DNA from: Nanobdellota archaeon
GTDB taxonomy: Archaea; Nanobdellota; Nanobdellia; Woesearchaeales; UBA10107
NCBI GenBank assembly: GCA_042571125.1
Contig: JBHPFU010000001.1
Location: forward strand, 1,225-65,224
Length of the DNA stretch: 64,000 bases
Direction of reading: 5' to 3'
Made by a program: the position numbers and the translations under genes. This document shows, one piece after another, positions 26,665-37,327 of this stretch (its first letter is position 1; every line of letters begins with the position of its first letter). Below the pieces are notes generated by a model that did no database searches, was not told where the DNA came from, and saw nothing but the letters and a program-made list of their open reading frames with translations.

Positions 26665-27118
26665 CGAAAAAATAGATGAAGCAATTGAAGAATTGAAACG
26701 AGCAGACCATCTTATTTATGTAAGCTTGAAGTATACAAGAACATGCGACATAATCAAACATGTCATTGAAAGATTGATTGCGTGTTCGGATATTGTTTTT
26801 GATTACTTATTGGAGAAAGCAAAAGATGAGAATAAAATAGATGAACTCCCAATCGCACCAACCGCAAAAGCAGAAACACTCAAAAAAGTATACGCAGATA
26901 ATGAAATTATGCGAGATTATTTTGAATTCTATCTGTTTATGAGAAAATTGAGCAGGGCAAAATTCACAAGAAGACAGGAATATAGAAGACACGTTACAAT
27001 GACTTGTATTCTTGAACCAGAAGTGGTAGAAGTAAAAATAGATTCTGTTGAAGAATATAACCACAAGGTTAAAGAGTTTATTGAGTATATCCAAGAAGGA
27101 TTAGAACCTGAAGAATAA
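26657..27118 (+). CDS. all-helical hypothetical protein, tandem paralog B
   Basis: LKRADHLIYVSLKYTRTCDIIKHVIERLIAC. 8-nt overlap with paralog A. Confidence 0.5.
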   Translation: MSDEKIDEAIEELKRADHLIYVSLKYTRTCDIIKHVIERLIACSDIVFDYLLEKAKDENKIDELPIAPTAKAETLKKVYADNEIMRDYFEFYLFMRKLSRAKFTRRQEYRRHVTMTCILEPEVVEVKIDSVEEYNHKVKEFIEYIQEGLEPEE

Positions 27119-27158
27119 ACAGAAACCTTTTTATATTTTAATCCGTAAAATAGGTCAT

Positions 27159-27692
27159 ATGGCTAAATCTCTACAACAAAAGCTTACTGAAAAAGGTTGG
27201 TCAAAAGAAGAGATAGAAAAAGCAACACAGATTATGGAATCTCCGCCAGAAAAAGGCAGAGCAATATTTACAAAACGTATGAACCCTCTTCTTTATTGGA
27301 TGACTTTGATTGTTGCCATAGTGGGTAATATGGTTATTTCTGTTGTCTTGATTCCTTTCTTGATTGCAGTGCAGAGTATAATCGCATTATATTCAATAAT
27401 TGCTTTGCTTGGATTAGCATTTGGATTTTTATTCAGCGTTCTATTAACAGATATAGAACACATAGACCCGAAACATCATGTTATCGCAGGAATCTTTATC
27501 CCAATATTAGCACTAATAAATATATTTATTATTGTTAATATTACTAATACAATAGATAAAGTCATTTTCGGAGCTCAGATTCAAGGAAACGCAATAATTA
27601 TCAGCGGGATATATGTTCTCGCATTTATTGGTCCGTACATGTTCAATAAACTTTCTGATATTATAGAAACAAAAAAAAGAGTGCCAGCGTAA
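27159..27692 (+). CDS. membrane protein, unknown
   Basis: Soluble N-terminal 35 aa followed by about 4 TM segments. Confidence 0.5.
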   Translation: MAKSLQQKLTEKGWSKEEIEKATQIMESPPEKGRAIFTKRMNPLLYWMTLIVAIVGNMVISVVLIPFLIAVQSIIALYSIIALLGLAFGFLFSVLLTDIEHIDPKHHVIAGIFIPILALINIFIIVNITNTIDKVIFGAQIQGNAIIISGIYVLAFIGPYMFNKLSDIIETKKRVPA

Positions 27693-27727
27693 GTTTTATA
27701 AAGCTTCTAGAGGTTCTTTTTCCTTAT

Positions 27728-27799
27728 GGTGACCATGGTATAATGGTAGTATACAGGATTGTGGATCCTGTGGCCCGGGTTCAATTCCCGGTGGTCACC
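27728..27799 (+). tRNA. tRNA-His (anticodon GTG) with encoded G-1
   Basis: G-GTGACCA...CAGGA-TTGTGGA-TCCTG...CCGGG-TTCAATT-CCCGG-TGGTCAC-C, folded by hand. No encoded CCA. Confidence 0.9.
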
Positions 27800-27958
27800 C
27801 TTTCCGATACCACAGTTTACCAAGGGTAAACTTAATCCCCGAATTTCATGAAATTCCGGAACCTTTATAAACAACCTATAAATCCAATATACTATCAACC
27901 CGAGTTCAATTTGGGCGTACAGGGTTCAGTAATACTGAATTCTAGCACTATAACAAAA

Positions 27959-28444
27959 ATGGAAGAAAAACAAATACCAAAAGAAGAATTTAAACACATT
28001 GTTAGAGTTGTTAATACCGATCTTGATGGAAATAAACCTATTCTACTTGCATTAAGAAAGATAAAGGGAGTTAGCTTCATGATTTCAAGCGCAGTTTGTT
28101 CGCTTACTAATGTTTCTGGAGACAAAAAAACAGGAGTATTGTCAGATTCAGAAGTAACAAAGCTAAATGATGTTTTAAAAGATATTGAAAAGAGCGTACC
28201 TTCTTGGCTTCTAAATAGAAGAAAAGATTACGAAACTGGTGAAAATAAACACCTTCTTACTGGAGACCTAACATTTGGTGTTGAAAATGATATCAGAAGA
28301 ATGAAGAAAATTAAATCTTACAAGGGAATAAGACATATGTTTAGTCTTCCTGTACGTGGACAAAAAATGAGATCAAATTTCAGAAAGAATAAAGGAAAAG
28401 TTACAGGCGTAAAGAGAAAAGCAGGAGCAAAATCAGGTAAGTAA
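27959..28444 (+). CDS. rps13: 30S ribosomal protein uS13
   Basis: FKHIVRVVNTDLDGNKPILLALRKIKGV. Start taken at the ATG after tRNA-His rather than the track start at 27848. Confidence 0.9.
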   Translation: MEEKQIPKEEFKHIVRVVNTDLDGNKPILLALRKIKGVSFMISSAVCSLTNVSGDKKTGVLSDSEVTKLNDVLKDIEKSVPSWLLNRRKDYETGENKHLLTGDLTFGVENDIRRMKKIKSYKGIRHMFSLPVRGQKMRSNFRKNKGKVTGVKRKAGAKSGK

Positions 28445-28446
28445 AA

Positions 28447-29166
28447 ATGGGAGATCCAAGAAAACAAAGAGCAAAATTCCATGGGCCACAGCATCCTTGG
28501 CAAAAGGAAAGGCTTGACGAAGAAAACGAGTTGGTTACAGAGTATGGTCTGAAGAACAAAACTGAAGTATACAGGATAAGCTCATTACATAGAAAGTTTC
28601 TTTCTCAAACAAAAAAATTAAGCGCTTCAAAAACAGATCAATCTCAAAAAGAAACAGAACAATTTTTAACAAGATTAAAATCGTTAGGGATTATTGACAC
28701 ATCTTCTCAATTGGGAGACGTCCTGAATACAGGAATGAAAGACATTCTTGAAAGAAGATTACAAACAATTGTTTTTAGAAAAGACCTGGCAAAATCAGTC
28801 AAACAAGCAAGACAGTTTATCACGCACGGACACGTTATAATCGCAGGAAAACTTATTACATCCCCTTCTTATTTAGTTTCAAAAGAAGAAGAAGGTTCAA
28901 TTTCATTTATTCCAAGATCTGCTTTAGTTGATGCTGAACATCCAGAAAGAGTTAGAGAAGAGGCAGCACCAAAACTAAAAAAGAAGGAAGGATCTGAAGA
29001 AGAAAAATCTGAGGATAAAAAAGCTCCTAAAGAAGAAGTGAAAAAAGAGAAAAAAGAGAAAAAAGTAGAAGAGCCTAAGGAAGAAAAGAAAGAAGAAGCA
29101 AAACCTGAGGAAAAACCAAAGGAAGAGCCAAAAACAGAAGAAAAGAAAGAAGAGGCTAAAGAATAA
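28447..29166 (+). CDS. rps4: 30S ribosomal protein uS4 with about 65-aa Lys/Glu-rich C-terminal extension
   Basis: [18 protein letters not shown]...EYGLKNK...S4 domain [22 protein letters not shown], then a KE-rich tail. Confidence 0.9.
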   Translation: MGDPRKQRAKFHGPQHPWQKERLDEENELVTEYGLKNKTEVYRISSLHRKFLSQTKKLSASKTDQSQKETEQFLTRLKSLGIIDTSSQLGDVLNTGMKDILERRLQTIVFRKDLAKSVKQARQFITHGHVIIAGKLITSPSYLVSKEEEGSISFIPRSALVDAEHPERVREEAAPKLKKKEGSEEEKSEDKKAPKEEVKKEKKEKKVEEPKEEKKEEAKPEEKPKEEPKTEEKKEEAKE

Positions 29167-29612
29167 TGGCAAAAGACGAACCAAAAAATATAATCGAAAA
29201 AGGAACACTTAAATCAAAGAGAAGAGAGATGAGGTGGGGAGTCGCGCACATTTATTCATCTTATAACAATACTATTGTTCACGTAACAGATATCACAGGT
29301 ACAGAGACAATCGCTAGATCTTCTGGAGGACAAGTTGTAAAATCAGACAGACTTGAAAGCTCTCCGACAGCAGCAATGATGGCTGCTAAACGAGCTGCAG
29401 AAATCGCATTTGATAAAGGAGTAAATGGATTACATGTTAAAATAAGAGCTCCAGGAGGACAAAACGGACCAAATAATCCGGGACCTGGTGCGCAAGCAGC
29501 AGTACGTGCATTATCAAGAATGGGGATAAGAATAGGAATTATCGAAGAGGTTACACCTGTTCCGCATGACGGCTGCAGAAAAAAAGGAGGAAAAAGGGGG
29601 CGAAGAGTATAA
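29166..29612 (+). CDS. rps11: 30S ribosomal protein uS11
   Basis: [22 protein letters not shown]...[12 protein letters not shown]. Confidence 0.95.
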   Translation: MAKDEPKNIIEKGTLKSKRREMRWGVAHIYSSYNNTIVHVTDITGTETIARSSGGQVVKSDRLESSPTAAMMAAKRAAEIAFDKGVNGLHVKIRAPGGQNGPNNPGPGAQAAVRALSRMGIRIGIIEEVTPVPHDGCRKKGGKRGRRV

Positions 29613-30400
29613 TGAAACTAAAAATACTTTCCAAGGACAAAAAGAAAGAAAAAATTGTATTTTTATTAGAAGAATCAACACCTGGATTTGCAAATGCACT
29701 GAGAAGAACAATGACTGAGCAGGTTCCAACAATGGCTATTGAGGAAATTGAATTCAGAAAAAACTCTTCAGTCTTATACGATGAGATTATTGCCCATAGA
29801 ATGGGACTAATTCCATTAAAAACAGACCTTAAAACATACAATCTACCAGAAAACTGTACATGTAAAGGAGAAGGATGTGCTAAATGTACACTAAAACTAA
29901 TACTAAAGGTAAAAGGACCTATAACGGTTCTAGCATCTGATCTGCAATCAAAAGATCCGATGGTTGTTCCGGCTCATCCTAACACGCCAATCGTTAAATT
30001 GCTTAAGGGACAGGAACTAGAATTAGAAGCAACAGCGGTGCTTGGAAAAGGATCAGAACACGCGAAATGGTCGCCTTGTTTAGCATTCTACAAATATAAA
30101 CCAAGCATAGATTTCAAAGATAGTGCAAAAAACGTTGAAAAATGCGTTAAACTTTGCCCAAAAAACATATTTGTTATGAAAGGAAACAAAGTTGCGCTTG
30201 ACAAAGACAAGATTATAGATTGTCATCTTTGCGGGGCATGTGTAGATGTTACAGATGGTGAGATAAAACTGAACGAATCAGATAAAGATTTCGTTTTCAC
30301 AATTGAATCATGGGGGCAATTGAGCGTAAAAGATATTGTTTCATCAGCATCAGACATACTTAGCGAACAGGCAGACGAATTCGTAAAAGCGCTTAAATGA
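29612..30400 (+). CDS. rpoD: DNA-directed RNA polymerase subunit D (Rpo3) with ferredoxin-like Cys cluster domain
   Basis: GFANALRRTMTEQVPTMAIEEIEF, HRMGLIPLK, CVKLCPKNIF...CHLCGACVD. Confidence 0.9.
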   Translation: MKLKILSKDKKKEKIVFLLEESTPGFANALRRTMTEQVPTMAIEEIEFRKNSSVLYDEIIAHRMGLIPLKTDLKTYNLPENCTCKGEGCAKCTLKLILKVKGPITVLASDLQSKDPMVVPAHPNTPIVKLLKGQELELEATAVLGKGSEHAKWSPCLAFYKYKPSIDFKDSAKNVEKCVKLCPKNIFVMKGNKVALDKDKIIDCHLCGACVDVTDGEIKLNESDKDFVFTIESWGQLSVKDIVSSASDILSEQADEFVKALK

Positions 30401-30416
30401 TTTTTATTTTATAAAA

Positions 30417-30767
30417 ATGTCAAAGAACATATACATTAAAAAAATGATAGAAGATCTGAAGAAAGTTAGCTATGCTCAGAAAGTAAATATATGGAGAAGA
30501 ATAGCTGACGATTTGGAAAAACCTACAAGAACTAGAAGAATTGTAAACTTATTCAAATTAAATATTTATACAAAAGATGGAGAAACAGTAATTGTTCCTG
30601 GAAAAGTTCTTGGAACTGGGGACCTTAACCACAAAGTTACTATTGCTGCATGGACTTTTTCAGAATCTGCTAAGGAAAAGATTAAACAAGCAAAAGGAGA
30701 ATGCCTAAGCATTCCGCAATTAATTGAAAAAAATCCAAAAGGCAAAGATGTGAGGATAATCGGATGA
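30417..30767 (+). CDS. rpl18e: 50S ribosomal protein eL18 (L18e)
   Basis: Size, position in the conserved cluster, and RTRRIVNL...VIVPGKVLGTG. Confidence 0.85.
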   Translation: MSKNIYIKKMIEDLKKVSYAQKVNIWRRIADDLEKPTRTRRIVNLFKLNIYTKDGETVIVPGKVLGTGDLNHKVTIAAWTFSESAKEKIKQAKGECLSIPQLIEKNPKGKDVRIIG

Positions 30768-31177
30768 TAATCGACGCAACAGACTTAATCCTTGGAAGAA
30801 TGGCGGCTTTTGTAGCTAAAAAAGCATTGCTTGGAGAAAAAATAGATATTGTTAACTGTGAAAAGGCAGTCATAAGCGGTTCAAAAAGAGATGTTTTGGC
30901 TAAGTACAAACAAAGGAGAGAAAGAAGAACAATAAATGGTCCTTTTTTCCCGAAAACTTCTGACAGATTAGTAAGAAGAACGGTTAGAGGAATGCTTCCT
31001 TACAAACAAAAGAAAGGGGGCGACGCATTCAAAAGAGTAATGTGTTATATCGGAATACCTGCGAGTTTATCAAAAGAAAAAATAGAAACAATAAAAACTG
31101 CAAATTCATCGAAACTTCCTGTACTAAAATATATTTCAATTGGAGAGATAAGTAAACAAATAGGTGCTAAAAGATGA
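30764..31177 (+). CDS. rpl13: 50S ribosomal protein uL13
   Basis: IIDATDLILGRMAAFVAKKALLGEKIDIVNCEKAVISG. Confidence 0.9.
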   Translation: MIIDATDLILGRMAAFVAKKALLGEKIDIVNCEKAVISGSKRDVLAKYKQRRERRTINGPFFPKTSDRLVRRTVRGMLPYKQKKGGDAFKRVMCYIGIPASLSKEKIETIKTANSSKLPVLKYISIGEISKQIGAKR

Positions 31178-31572
31178 AAAAACCGATCCATATATCTGGA
31201 ACAAGAAAAAAAGCAAAAGCAAGAGCAACACTTAAAGAAGGAAAAGGAATGATAAGAGTAAATAAGAAACCTATTGATCAATGCGGACCCGAAATATTAA
31301 GATTAAAGATAAAAGAACCATTAATACTCGCAGGAGATGTTGCTTCAAAAGTAGATATTGAGGTTAATACCTTCGGAGGCGGCGTAATGTCGCAGGCAGA
31401 AGCAGCTCGTTTAGCAATCGCAAGAGTATTAGTTGCATATAGCACAAAACTTAAAAAAATATTCCTAAGCTATGACAGAAATCTTCTTGTAGCAGACGTA
31501 AGACAAAGAGAATCTAGAAAACCTAATACTGGCGGAAAAGCTAGAGGTAAAATACAAAAATCGTACAGGTGA
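31174..31572 (+). CDS. rps9: 30S ribosomal protein uS9
   Basis: SGTRKKAKARATL...GGGVMSQAEAARLAIARVL...RKPNTGGKARGKIQKSYR. Confidence 0.95.
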   Translation: MKKPIHISGTRKKAKARATLKEGKGMIRVNKKPIDQCGPEILRLKIKEPLILAGDVASKVDIEVNTFGGGVMSQAEAARLAIARVLVAYSTKLKKIFLSYDRNLLVADVRQRESRKPNTGGKARGKIQKSYR

Positions 31573-31576
31573 TACT

Positions 31577-31774
31577 ATGATAATACCAATAAGATGTTTC
31601 AGTTGCGGAAAACCGGTTGCCCAACTCTGGGAAGAATATAAAGAAAGAGTTGCTAAAGGCGAAGACCGGAAAAAAGTTATGGATTCCTTGGGCTTAGAGA
31701 GATACTGCTGCAGAGCGTTATTCCTGGGGCAAGTAGATCTGATTGATATTGCGGCACAGTTCAAGAAGTTTTAA
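31577..31774 (+). CDS. rpoN: DNA-directed RNA polymerase subunit N (Rpo10)
   Basis: [15 protein letters not shown]...LGLERYCCR. Confidence 0.9.
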   Translation: MIIPIRCFSCGKPVAQLWEEYKERVAKGEDRKKVMDSLGLERYCCRALFLGQVDLIDIAAQFKKF

Positions 31775-31779
31775 TTTTT

Positions 31780-34464
31780 ATGACAAACTTCAACGAAATC
31801 CAAGCCAAATGGCAAAAAAAATGGAAAGATTCTAAAGTATTTAAGATTACAGAAGACTCACCAAAACCTAAATTCTATTGCCTAGAGATGTTTCCGTACC
31901 CTTCTGGTAAACTTCATATGGGTCATGTTAGAAACTATGCGATTGGAGATTCCTTTGCAAGATTCAAAAGAATGAACGGATTTAATGTTCTTTATCCTAT
32001 GGGTTATGATGCGTTAGGATTGCCAGCTGAAAATGCATCAATTAAAAACAAGTCAAACCCAAAAGAATGGACTCATAAATGTATTGACGTAATGAAAGCT
32101 CAACAAATCTCGCTTGGCTTGAGTTATGACTGGGACAGAGAAATTGCAACGTGTAATGAAGATTATTATAAGTGGAATCAGTGGATTTTCTTAAAAATGC
32201 TTGAAAAAGGTCTTGCATACAAGAAAAAAGCACCGATTAACTGGTGCGAAACATGTAATACTGTTCTTGCAAATGAACAAGTTGAAGATGGGAAGTGCTG
32301 GCGCTGCCATAATGAAGTTGAATCAAAAGAACTTGAGCAATGGTTCTTGAAAATAACAGATTATGCTGATGAGTTATTAGAAGGTGCAGAAAAATTAGAT
32401 AATTGGCCGGAAAGAGTCAAGACAATGCAGAAGAATTGGATTGGAAAAAGCCAAGGAGCAGAATTATTCTTTGATGTTGTTGATGAAGATGATAAACAAA
32501 TAGATACAATCTCAACATTTACAACAAGAGTTGACACTGTATACGGAATAACTTATCTAGTTTTAGCTGCAGAACATCCAAAGGTTCTGGAATGGACAAA
32601 AGGAACAGAAAAAGAGAAAGAAGTAAAAGAATTTATAGAAAAAGTAAAAAAACAATCAACAATAGAACGAACAGCAGAAGGAAAAGAAAAAAATGGTGTT
32701 TTCTTAGGAAAATATTTCATAAATCCGTTTACAGGAGAAAAATGTCCGTTATGGGTTGCGGATTATGCCCTATTTGAATACGGAACAGGCGCAGTCATGG
32801 CTGTTCCAACACATGATCAAAGAGATTTTGAATTCGCGAAAAAATACAAACTTCCTATGAGAATAGTTATTTCTCCAAATGATTATGAATTAAATCTTGA
32901 AAAAATGGGAAGAGCATTCATTGATGACGGCGTTATGATCAATTCTGATGAGTTTGACGGCATGAGCAATAGAGATGCTATGGAGGGTATAGCAAAATTA
33001 GCAGAAAAAAACAAATGGGGAGAAAGAAAAACAAATTATAAATTAAGAGATTGGCTCGTTTCCAGACAGAGATTCTGGGGCACACCGATTCCAATAATTT
33101 ACTGTGAAAAATGCGGAGCAGTACCAGTACCAGAAAAAGACCTTCCAGTTAGACTGCCTGAAAAGGCTGAATTAACCGGTTCTGGCAATCCTCTTGAATC
33201 TGTTAAAGATTTTGTTAATGTTAAGTGTCCTGATTGCAAGGGTTCTGCTAAAAGAGAAACAGACACTATGGATACTTTCTTTGATTCATCTTGGTACTTC
33301 TTTAGGTATTGTTCACCATTTGAAGAAAAAGCACCATTCAATAAAAAATCAGCAGATTACTGGATGCCTGTTGATCAATACATTGGAGGAATTGAACACG
33401 CAATTTTACACTTACTCTACGCAAGATTCTTTACAAAAGTTTTGCGCGATCTTAAATTAACAAAAGTAAATGAACCATTCTCAAGATTATTAACCCAAGG
33501 CATGGTCATTAAAGATGGAGCAAAGATGTCAAAATCTGTAGGGAATGTTGTAGACCCTGGAGAAATAATAGGTAAGTATGGTTCTGATACTGCAAGATTA
33601 TTTATTTTATTTGCAGCTCTTCCTGAAAAAGAGCTTGAATGGTCTGACCAAGGTGCCGAAGGAGCTTTCAGATTCTTGAATAGAGTTTTCGCATTGATAG
33701 AAGATCTTGATAAAGGAACAGAAAACGAATTATTAACAAAAGACAAGCATTTGATAGGAAAACAGCATAGAACAATAAAAAAAGTTACAAAATTGCTTGA
33801 TGAATTCAAGATAAGTCTTGGGATTGGAGCGATTATGGAGTTTGTTAATGATATTAATAGATATAAATCAGGAGAATTCAACAAAAAAGTATATCGAGAT
33901 GCTGTTCAAACTGTTGCTTTGCTTATTGCTCCATTCACGCCGCACTTAAGCGAAGAGATGTGGGAGATTCTTGGCAATAAAGAGTTTATTTCAACATCAA
34001 ACTGGCCTGTTTATGATGAAAATCAGATAGACGAAGAAGCAGAAAGTGCAGAAGAGATGATTCACAACACTATTGCAGATATAAATTCTGTATTAGAATT
34101 GACAAAAATAAAAAAACCAAAGAAAATCAAATTAATTGTTTCACCGGAATGGAAATATACATTCTTTATTGGACTAAAAAAAGGAATGGAATTAACAAGA
34201 GATATTAAAGAATTAATAAAAGCTACAATGGACAAAGAACACGGACAAGAAATATCAAAAATGGTTCCTATGCTATTAAAAAACGAAGCAAGAATTCCCG
34301 AGGTTGTATTAGATGTAGAAACTGAATTTAATACATTGAACGAAGCAAAAGAATTCATTGAAAAAGAATTCGAATGTTCTGTTGAGATTGAAAAAGGAGA
34401 CGAGAGCAAGGAAGGAAAAGCAAAAAGCGCAATGCCTGGCAAGCCAAGTATTTTAGTTGAGTAA
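31780..34464 (+). CDS. leuS: leucyl-tRNA synthetase, bacterial-type catalytic core
   Basis: [96 protein letters not shown]. Confidence 0.95.
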   Translation: MTNFNEIQAKWQKKWKDSKVFKITEDSPKPKFYCLEMFPYPSGKLHMGHVRNYAIGDSFARFKRMNGFNVLYPMGYDALGLPAENASIKNKSNPKEWTHKCIDVMKAQQISLGLSYDWDREIATCNEDYYKWNQWIFLKMLEKGLAYKKKAPINWCETCNTVLANEQVEDGKCWRCHNEVESKELEQWFLKITDYADELLEGAEKLDNWPERVKTMQKNWIGKSQGAELFFDVVDEDDKQIDTISTFTTRVDTVYGITYLVLAAEHPKVLEWTKGTEKEKEVKEFIEKVKKQSTIERTAEGKEKNGVFLGKYFINPFTGEKCPLWVADYALFEYGTGAVMAVPTHDQRDFEFAKKYKLPMRIVISPNDYELNLEKMGRAFIDDGVMINSDEFDGMSNRDAMEGIAKLAEKNKWGERKTNYKLRDWLVSRQRFWGTPIPIIYCEKCGAVPVPEKDLPVRLPEKAELTGSGNPLESVKDFVNVKCPDCKGSAKRETDTMDTFFDSSWYFFRYCSPFEEKAPFNKKSADYWMPVDQYIGGIEHAILHLLYARFFTKVLRDLKLTKVNEPFSRLLTQGMVIKDGAKMSKSVGNVVDPGEIIGKYGSDTARLFILFAALPEKELEWSDQGAEGAFRFLNRVFALIEDLDKGTENELLTKDKHLIGKQHRTIKKVTKLLDEFKISLGIGAIMEFVNDINRYKSGEFNKKVYRDAVQTVALLIAPFTPHLSEEMWEILGNKEFISTSNWPVYDENQIDEEAESAEEMIHNTIADINSVLELTKIKKPKKIKLIVSPEWKYTFFIGLKKGMELTRDIKELIKATMDKEHGQEISKMVPMLLKNEARIPEVVLDVETEFNTLNEAKEFIEKEFECSVEIEKGDESKEGKAKSAMPGKPSILVE

Positions 34465-35325
34465 AGAAGCAGCGCCAATAACTCCTGCGTTAGGATCCTT
34501 AACAAAGATTATCTTTGGAGATTTCATTAACTTATCTTTTTTAAGCTCTTTTATTAACTGTTTTTTTATCAAATGTTCCGCTTTTGCTATACCGCCGCCC
34601 AATGCGATTGTATCTGGATTAAAAGCGTGATTTATTGTTTTTATTCCTGCTGCAAGATCTATTGCAATCTGCTCGTAAACTTGTTTTGCTTCCTTGTTCT
34701 TTTTAGCAAGTAATTCTACACCTAGAGGATCTGTAACCTTTAATTTTAGCTGTTTCGCGATCCTTTTAATCGCTCTTGCAGATACATACTCTTCTAAACA
34801 ACCAACATTTCCGCAAGTGCATTTTAAACCTTCTTTTTTTATTATAATGTGGCCTAGTTCTCCTGCACTTCCTTTGCCAGTATAAATTTCATTGTTTATC
34901 ATTATCCCCCCGCCAACACCCGTTCCAAGTGTTAGACAGACAAGATTATCGCATTTCTTTGTTTTTGAAACACCAAGAGCCAGACAATTTGCATCATTAT
35001 CCACAACAACTTTTAAACCAGTTCTTTTTCTTAAAATATTTTTGATTGGAACATTTTTCCAGCCAGGCAAATTCGGAGGATTATGAATAATTCCCTTTTT
35101 ACTGTCTAAAGGACCAGGCATACCAACACCAATACCTTTTATCTGTTTTTTAGAAACTCCTTCAGAAATTAAATCAACAACATTAATAATCTTATTAATT
35201 ACTTTATTCTTTCCTTGTTTTGCTAAAGTTTTTACCTGGAGCGCTTTAATAAGCCTGTCATTTCTAAACAAACCAGCCCTTATCTTTGTTCCTCCTACAT
35301 CCACACCAATAACATACTTAGGCAT
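34453..35325 (-). CDS. glk: ROK-family glucokinase
   Basis: [43 protein letters not shown]. Confidence 0.85.
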   Translation of the reverse strand: MPKYVIGVDVGGTKIRAGLFRNDRLIKALQVKTLAKQGKNKVINKIINVVDLISEGVSKKQIKGIGVGMPGPLDSKKGIIHNPPNLPGWKNVPIKNILRKRTGLKVVVDNDANCLALGVSKTKKCDNLVCLTLGTGVGGGIMINNEIYTGKGSAGELGHIIIKKEGLKCTCGNVGCLEEYVSARAIKRIAKQLKLKVTDPLGVELLAKKNKEAKQVYEQIAIDLAAGIKTINHAFNPDTIALGGGIAKAEHLIKKQLIKELKKDKLMKSPKIIFVKDPNAGVIGAASLLN

Positions 35326-36178
35326 TTTTCTTAATATAATCTATTTTTGGATTTGTCCAGTACTTTACTTTTTTTATCCTGCTTAGATAATAGCTTACAT
35401 AATCTCCAAAATGGATTGCGTAAAATATCTTTGCTAATAATGTAGAACCTTTTAATTTTAATTTGTAAGGCTTGAAAAACTTATCAGATGCTCTTTTTTC
35501 ATCTCCTAATTCAATAAAACTAAATTTGTTTAGGTCTTTTGCTTCAATCTCATTATGATTGAGCTCATCAAAATAACTGGAATGAGCCATAATTTTGCTG
35601 TTCTCATTCAATTGCGTCTGCCATCTGTATGCAGCCGATTTTAATTTTTCAGAACCAGCATGGATAACAGGGATTTTTTTGCTGATAAGCTTAGCAACTT
35701 TCTGAGCTTCCTTAGGGTTAACTTTTTTAATTGCAGAGATAACAGATCCTACATCTTTCTTCTTCCCAATTATATTTAGTATAGGGAAAAAGCAGTAAGC
35801 AAGAGCCTCTCTTGGTGAATAACCACCAGGAATCTTAATCGCGCCTTTTTGTTTTCCCAAGTAACCGCCAGAAGCGATTACAACAATCTTTGCTTTTCTC
35901 TTTTTTGCTTGATTAAACATTTTTATTGTTTCTTTTGTATTCCCAGAATAACTGATAATAAAAGCTAAAGTATCTTTGTTAATAAACTTAGGAACTTCTT
36001 CTCTGGCAACAAAAACAGGGGTATCCAGATAGCTCTGCAAAATATCACCAGAGATAGCAGACCCTCCCATTCCGCAGACCAAAATATTTTTGAAACCAAT
36101 TATTTTTTTACCTAGATAGGTAGCATCCTCTATTTGATCTGAGAAATTCTCTAATTTTTGAGGTATTTTTCTACTCAA
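35318..36178 (-). CDS. pgi: bifunctional phosphoglucose/phosphomannose isomerase (SIS family)
   Basis: ILVCGMGGSAISGDIL, ISYSGNTKET, RWQTQLNENSKIMAHSSYFDELNHNEIEA. Apparent TTG start. Confidence 0.8.
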   Translation of the reverse strand: MSRKIPQKLENFSDQIEDATYLGKKIIGFKNILVCGMGGSAISGDILQSYLDTPVFVAREEVPKFINKDTLAFIISYSGNTKETIKMFNQAKKRKAKIVVIASGGYLGKQKGAIKIPGGYSPREALAYCFFPILNIIGKKKDVGSVISAIKKVNPKEAQKVAKLISKKIPVIHAGSEKLKSAAYRWQTQLNENSKIMAHSSYFDELNHNEIEAKDLNKFSFIELGDEKRASDKFFKPYKLKLKGSTLLAKIFYAIHFGDYVSYYLSRIKKVKYWTNPKIDYIKKNA

Positions 36179-36716
36179 GGGACGCGTGCCTCTTTCTAAG
36201 CTCTTCTTCGCTAATGCCTAACTTTTCCATCAAACTAACAACAATTGAATCTAAATAAAGCAATGCAGCCTGCTCAAATAATGAACCTAGGGGTTCTATG
36301 CTCTCTGTTTTCTCTTTATCTCCAGTTTTCAACTCAATAACCAAATCAGATTTATCTGCTATTTTTGAATCCAGACTTGCAGTTATGCAGCAGATAAACA
36401 AACCCTGCTCTTTTGCATTTTCAACAACTTCATATGTTGTTTCAGTCTCTCCGCTTCCAGATACGACTATGAGCATATCATCTTTTAGTGCTGCGGGTGT
36501 TGTTGGAAGTCCGACAATCTCTGCCTGCAGACCAAGCTGCGTCAATCGCATTGCAAATGCTTCTGCAACTAACTTGCTTCTTCCGCTTCCTGTTAGGAAA
36601 ACTTTATTTCTGTTTGCAATCAAATCAATCAGCTCGCTTGTTTTTTCAGAATCTATTTTATCAAGAACATCTTTTAATTCCTTTTCAATCTCTTTTGTTA
36701 TCTCGCTTGTTTTCAT
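36171..36716 (-). CDS. phi: 6-phospho-3-hexuloisomerase (PHI)
   Basis: SIS fold VFLTGSGRSKLVAEAFAMRLTQLG...VVSGSGETETT. Size about 180 aa. Adjacent to HPS. Confidence 0.8.
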   Translation of the reverse strand: MKTSEITKEIEKELKDVLDKIDSEKTSELIDLIANRNKVFLTGSGRSKLVAEAFAMRLTQLGLQAEIVGLPTTPAALKDDMLIVVSGSGETETTYEVVENAKEQGLFICCITASLDSKIADKSDLVIELKTGDKEKTESIEPLGSLFEQAALLYLDSIVVSLMEKLGISEEELRKRHASLE

Positions 36717-37327
36717 TTTATTAACTCTTTTATCTCTTTGGCAGTTTTTCCAGGATTTTTAGATTTTGTTATTGCTCCTCCAATAACAATTATCTTTGGC
36801 TTGTATTTTAAAACTTTATTTACTGTTTTCGCATTTATCCCGCCAGCAACGCATATATTCTTTGTTAATTTGCTTATTTTTTCCAGATTTTCAAACACAC
36901 TGCAACCTTTCAATTGTTGATCTATGCCAGTATGTATCCCGATGTAAGTTGGTTTGTGTTTTAAAACTTGTTTTGTTCTTTTTACAGCATCTTTTACACC
37001 AATCAAATCAACAACAGACTGCTTTTTCCTTTTTTTAGCTTCCTTAATCAATCCCTTTACAGTCTCGTTAGCAGCTGCTGCACACACACTCACAGAACTT
37101 GCTCCTGCTTTGAATGCTAAAGATGCTTCAAAAGCTCCTGTGTCCATTGTTTTTAAGTCAGCAAATATCGGTTTTCTGAATTTTTTGAACTTTTTTATTG
37201 CTCCAAGACCGTTTTGTTTTATTAGAGGAGTTCCCAATTCAATAATATCAATGTATTTTTTTGTTTTGTTAGCTATTGAAAGAGCTTTTTTAAGATCAAC
37301 AACATCTAATGCTAATTGGAGTTTCAT
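36713..37327 (-). CDS. hps: 3-hexulose-6-phosphate synthase (HPS)
   Basis: MKLQLALDVVDLKKAL...IIELGTPLIK...FADLKTMDTG. OMPDC-superfamily pattern. Confidence 0.8.
   Translation of the reverse strand: MKLQLALDVVDLKKALSIANKTKKYIDIIELGTPLIKQNGLGAIKKFKKFRKPIFADLKTMDTGAFEASLAFKAGASSVSVCAAAANETVKGLIKEAKKRKKQSVVDLIGVKDAVKRTKQVLKHKPTYIGIHTGIDQQLKGCSVFENLEKISKLTKNICVAGGINAKTVNKVLKYKPKIIVIGGAITKSKNPGKTAKEIKELIK

Noticed and set aside
27707-27898. 63-aa minus-strand ORF, and the long 27848 start for S13.
   Set aside because: The minus ORF lies directly over tRNA-His. The S13 N-terminal extension has no homology signal, and the ATG at 27959 gives a normal uS13 N-terminus.
28975-29208. 77-aa Phe/Leu-rich minus-strand ORF.
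   Set aside because: It is the antisense frame of the Lys/Glu-rich tail of uS4 (AAG/GAA repeats read backwards as TTC/CTT).
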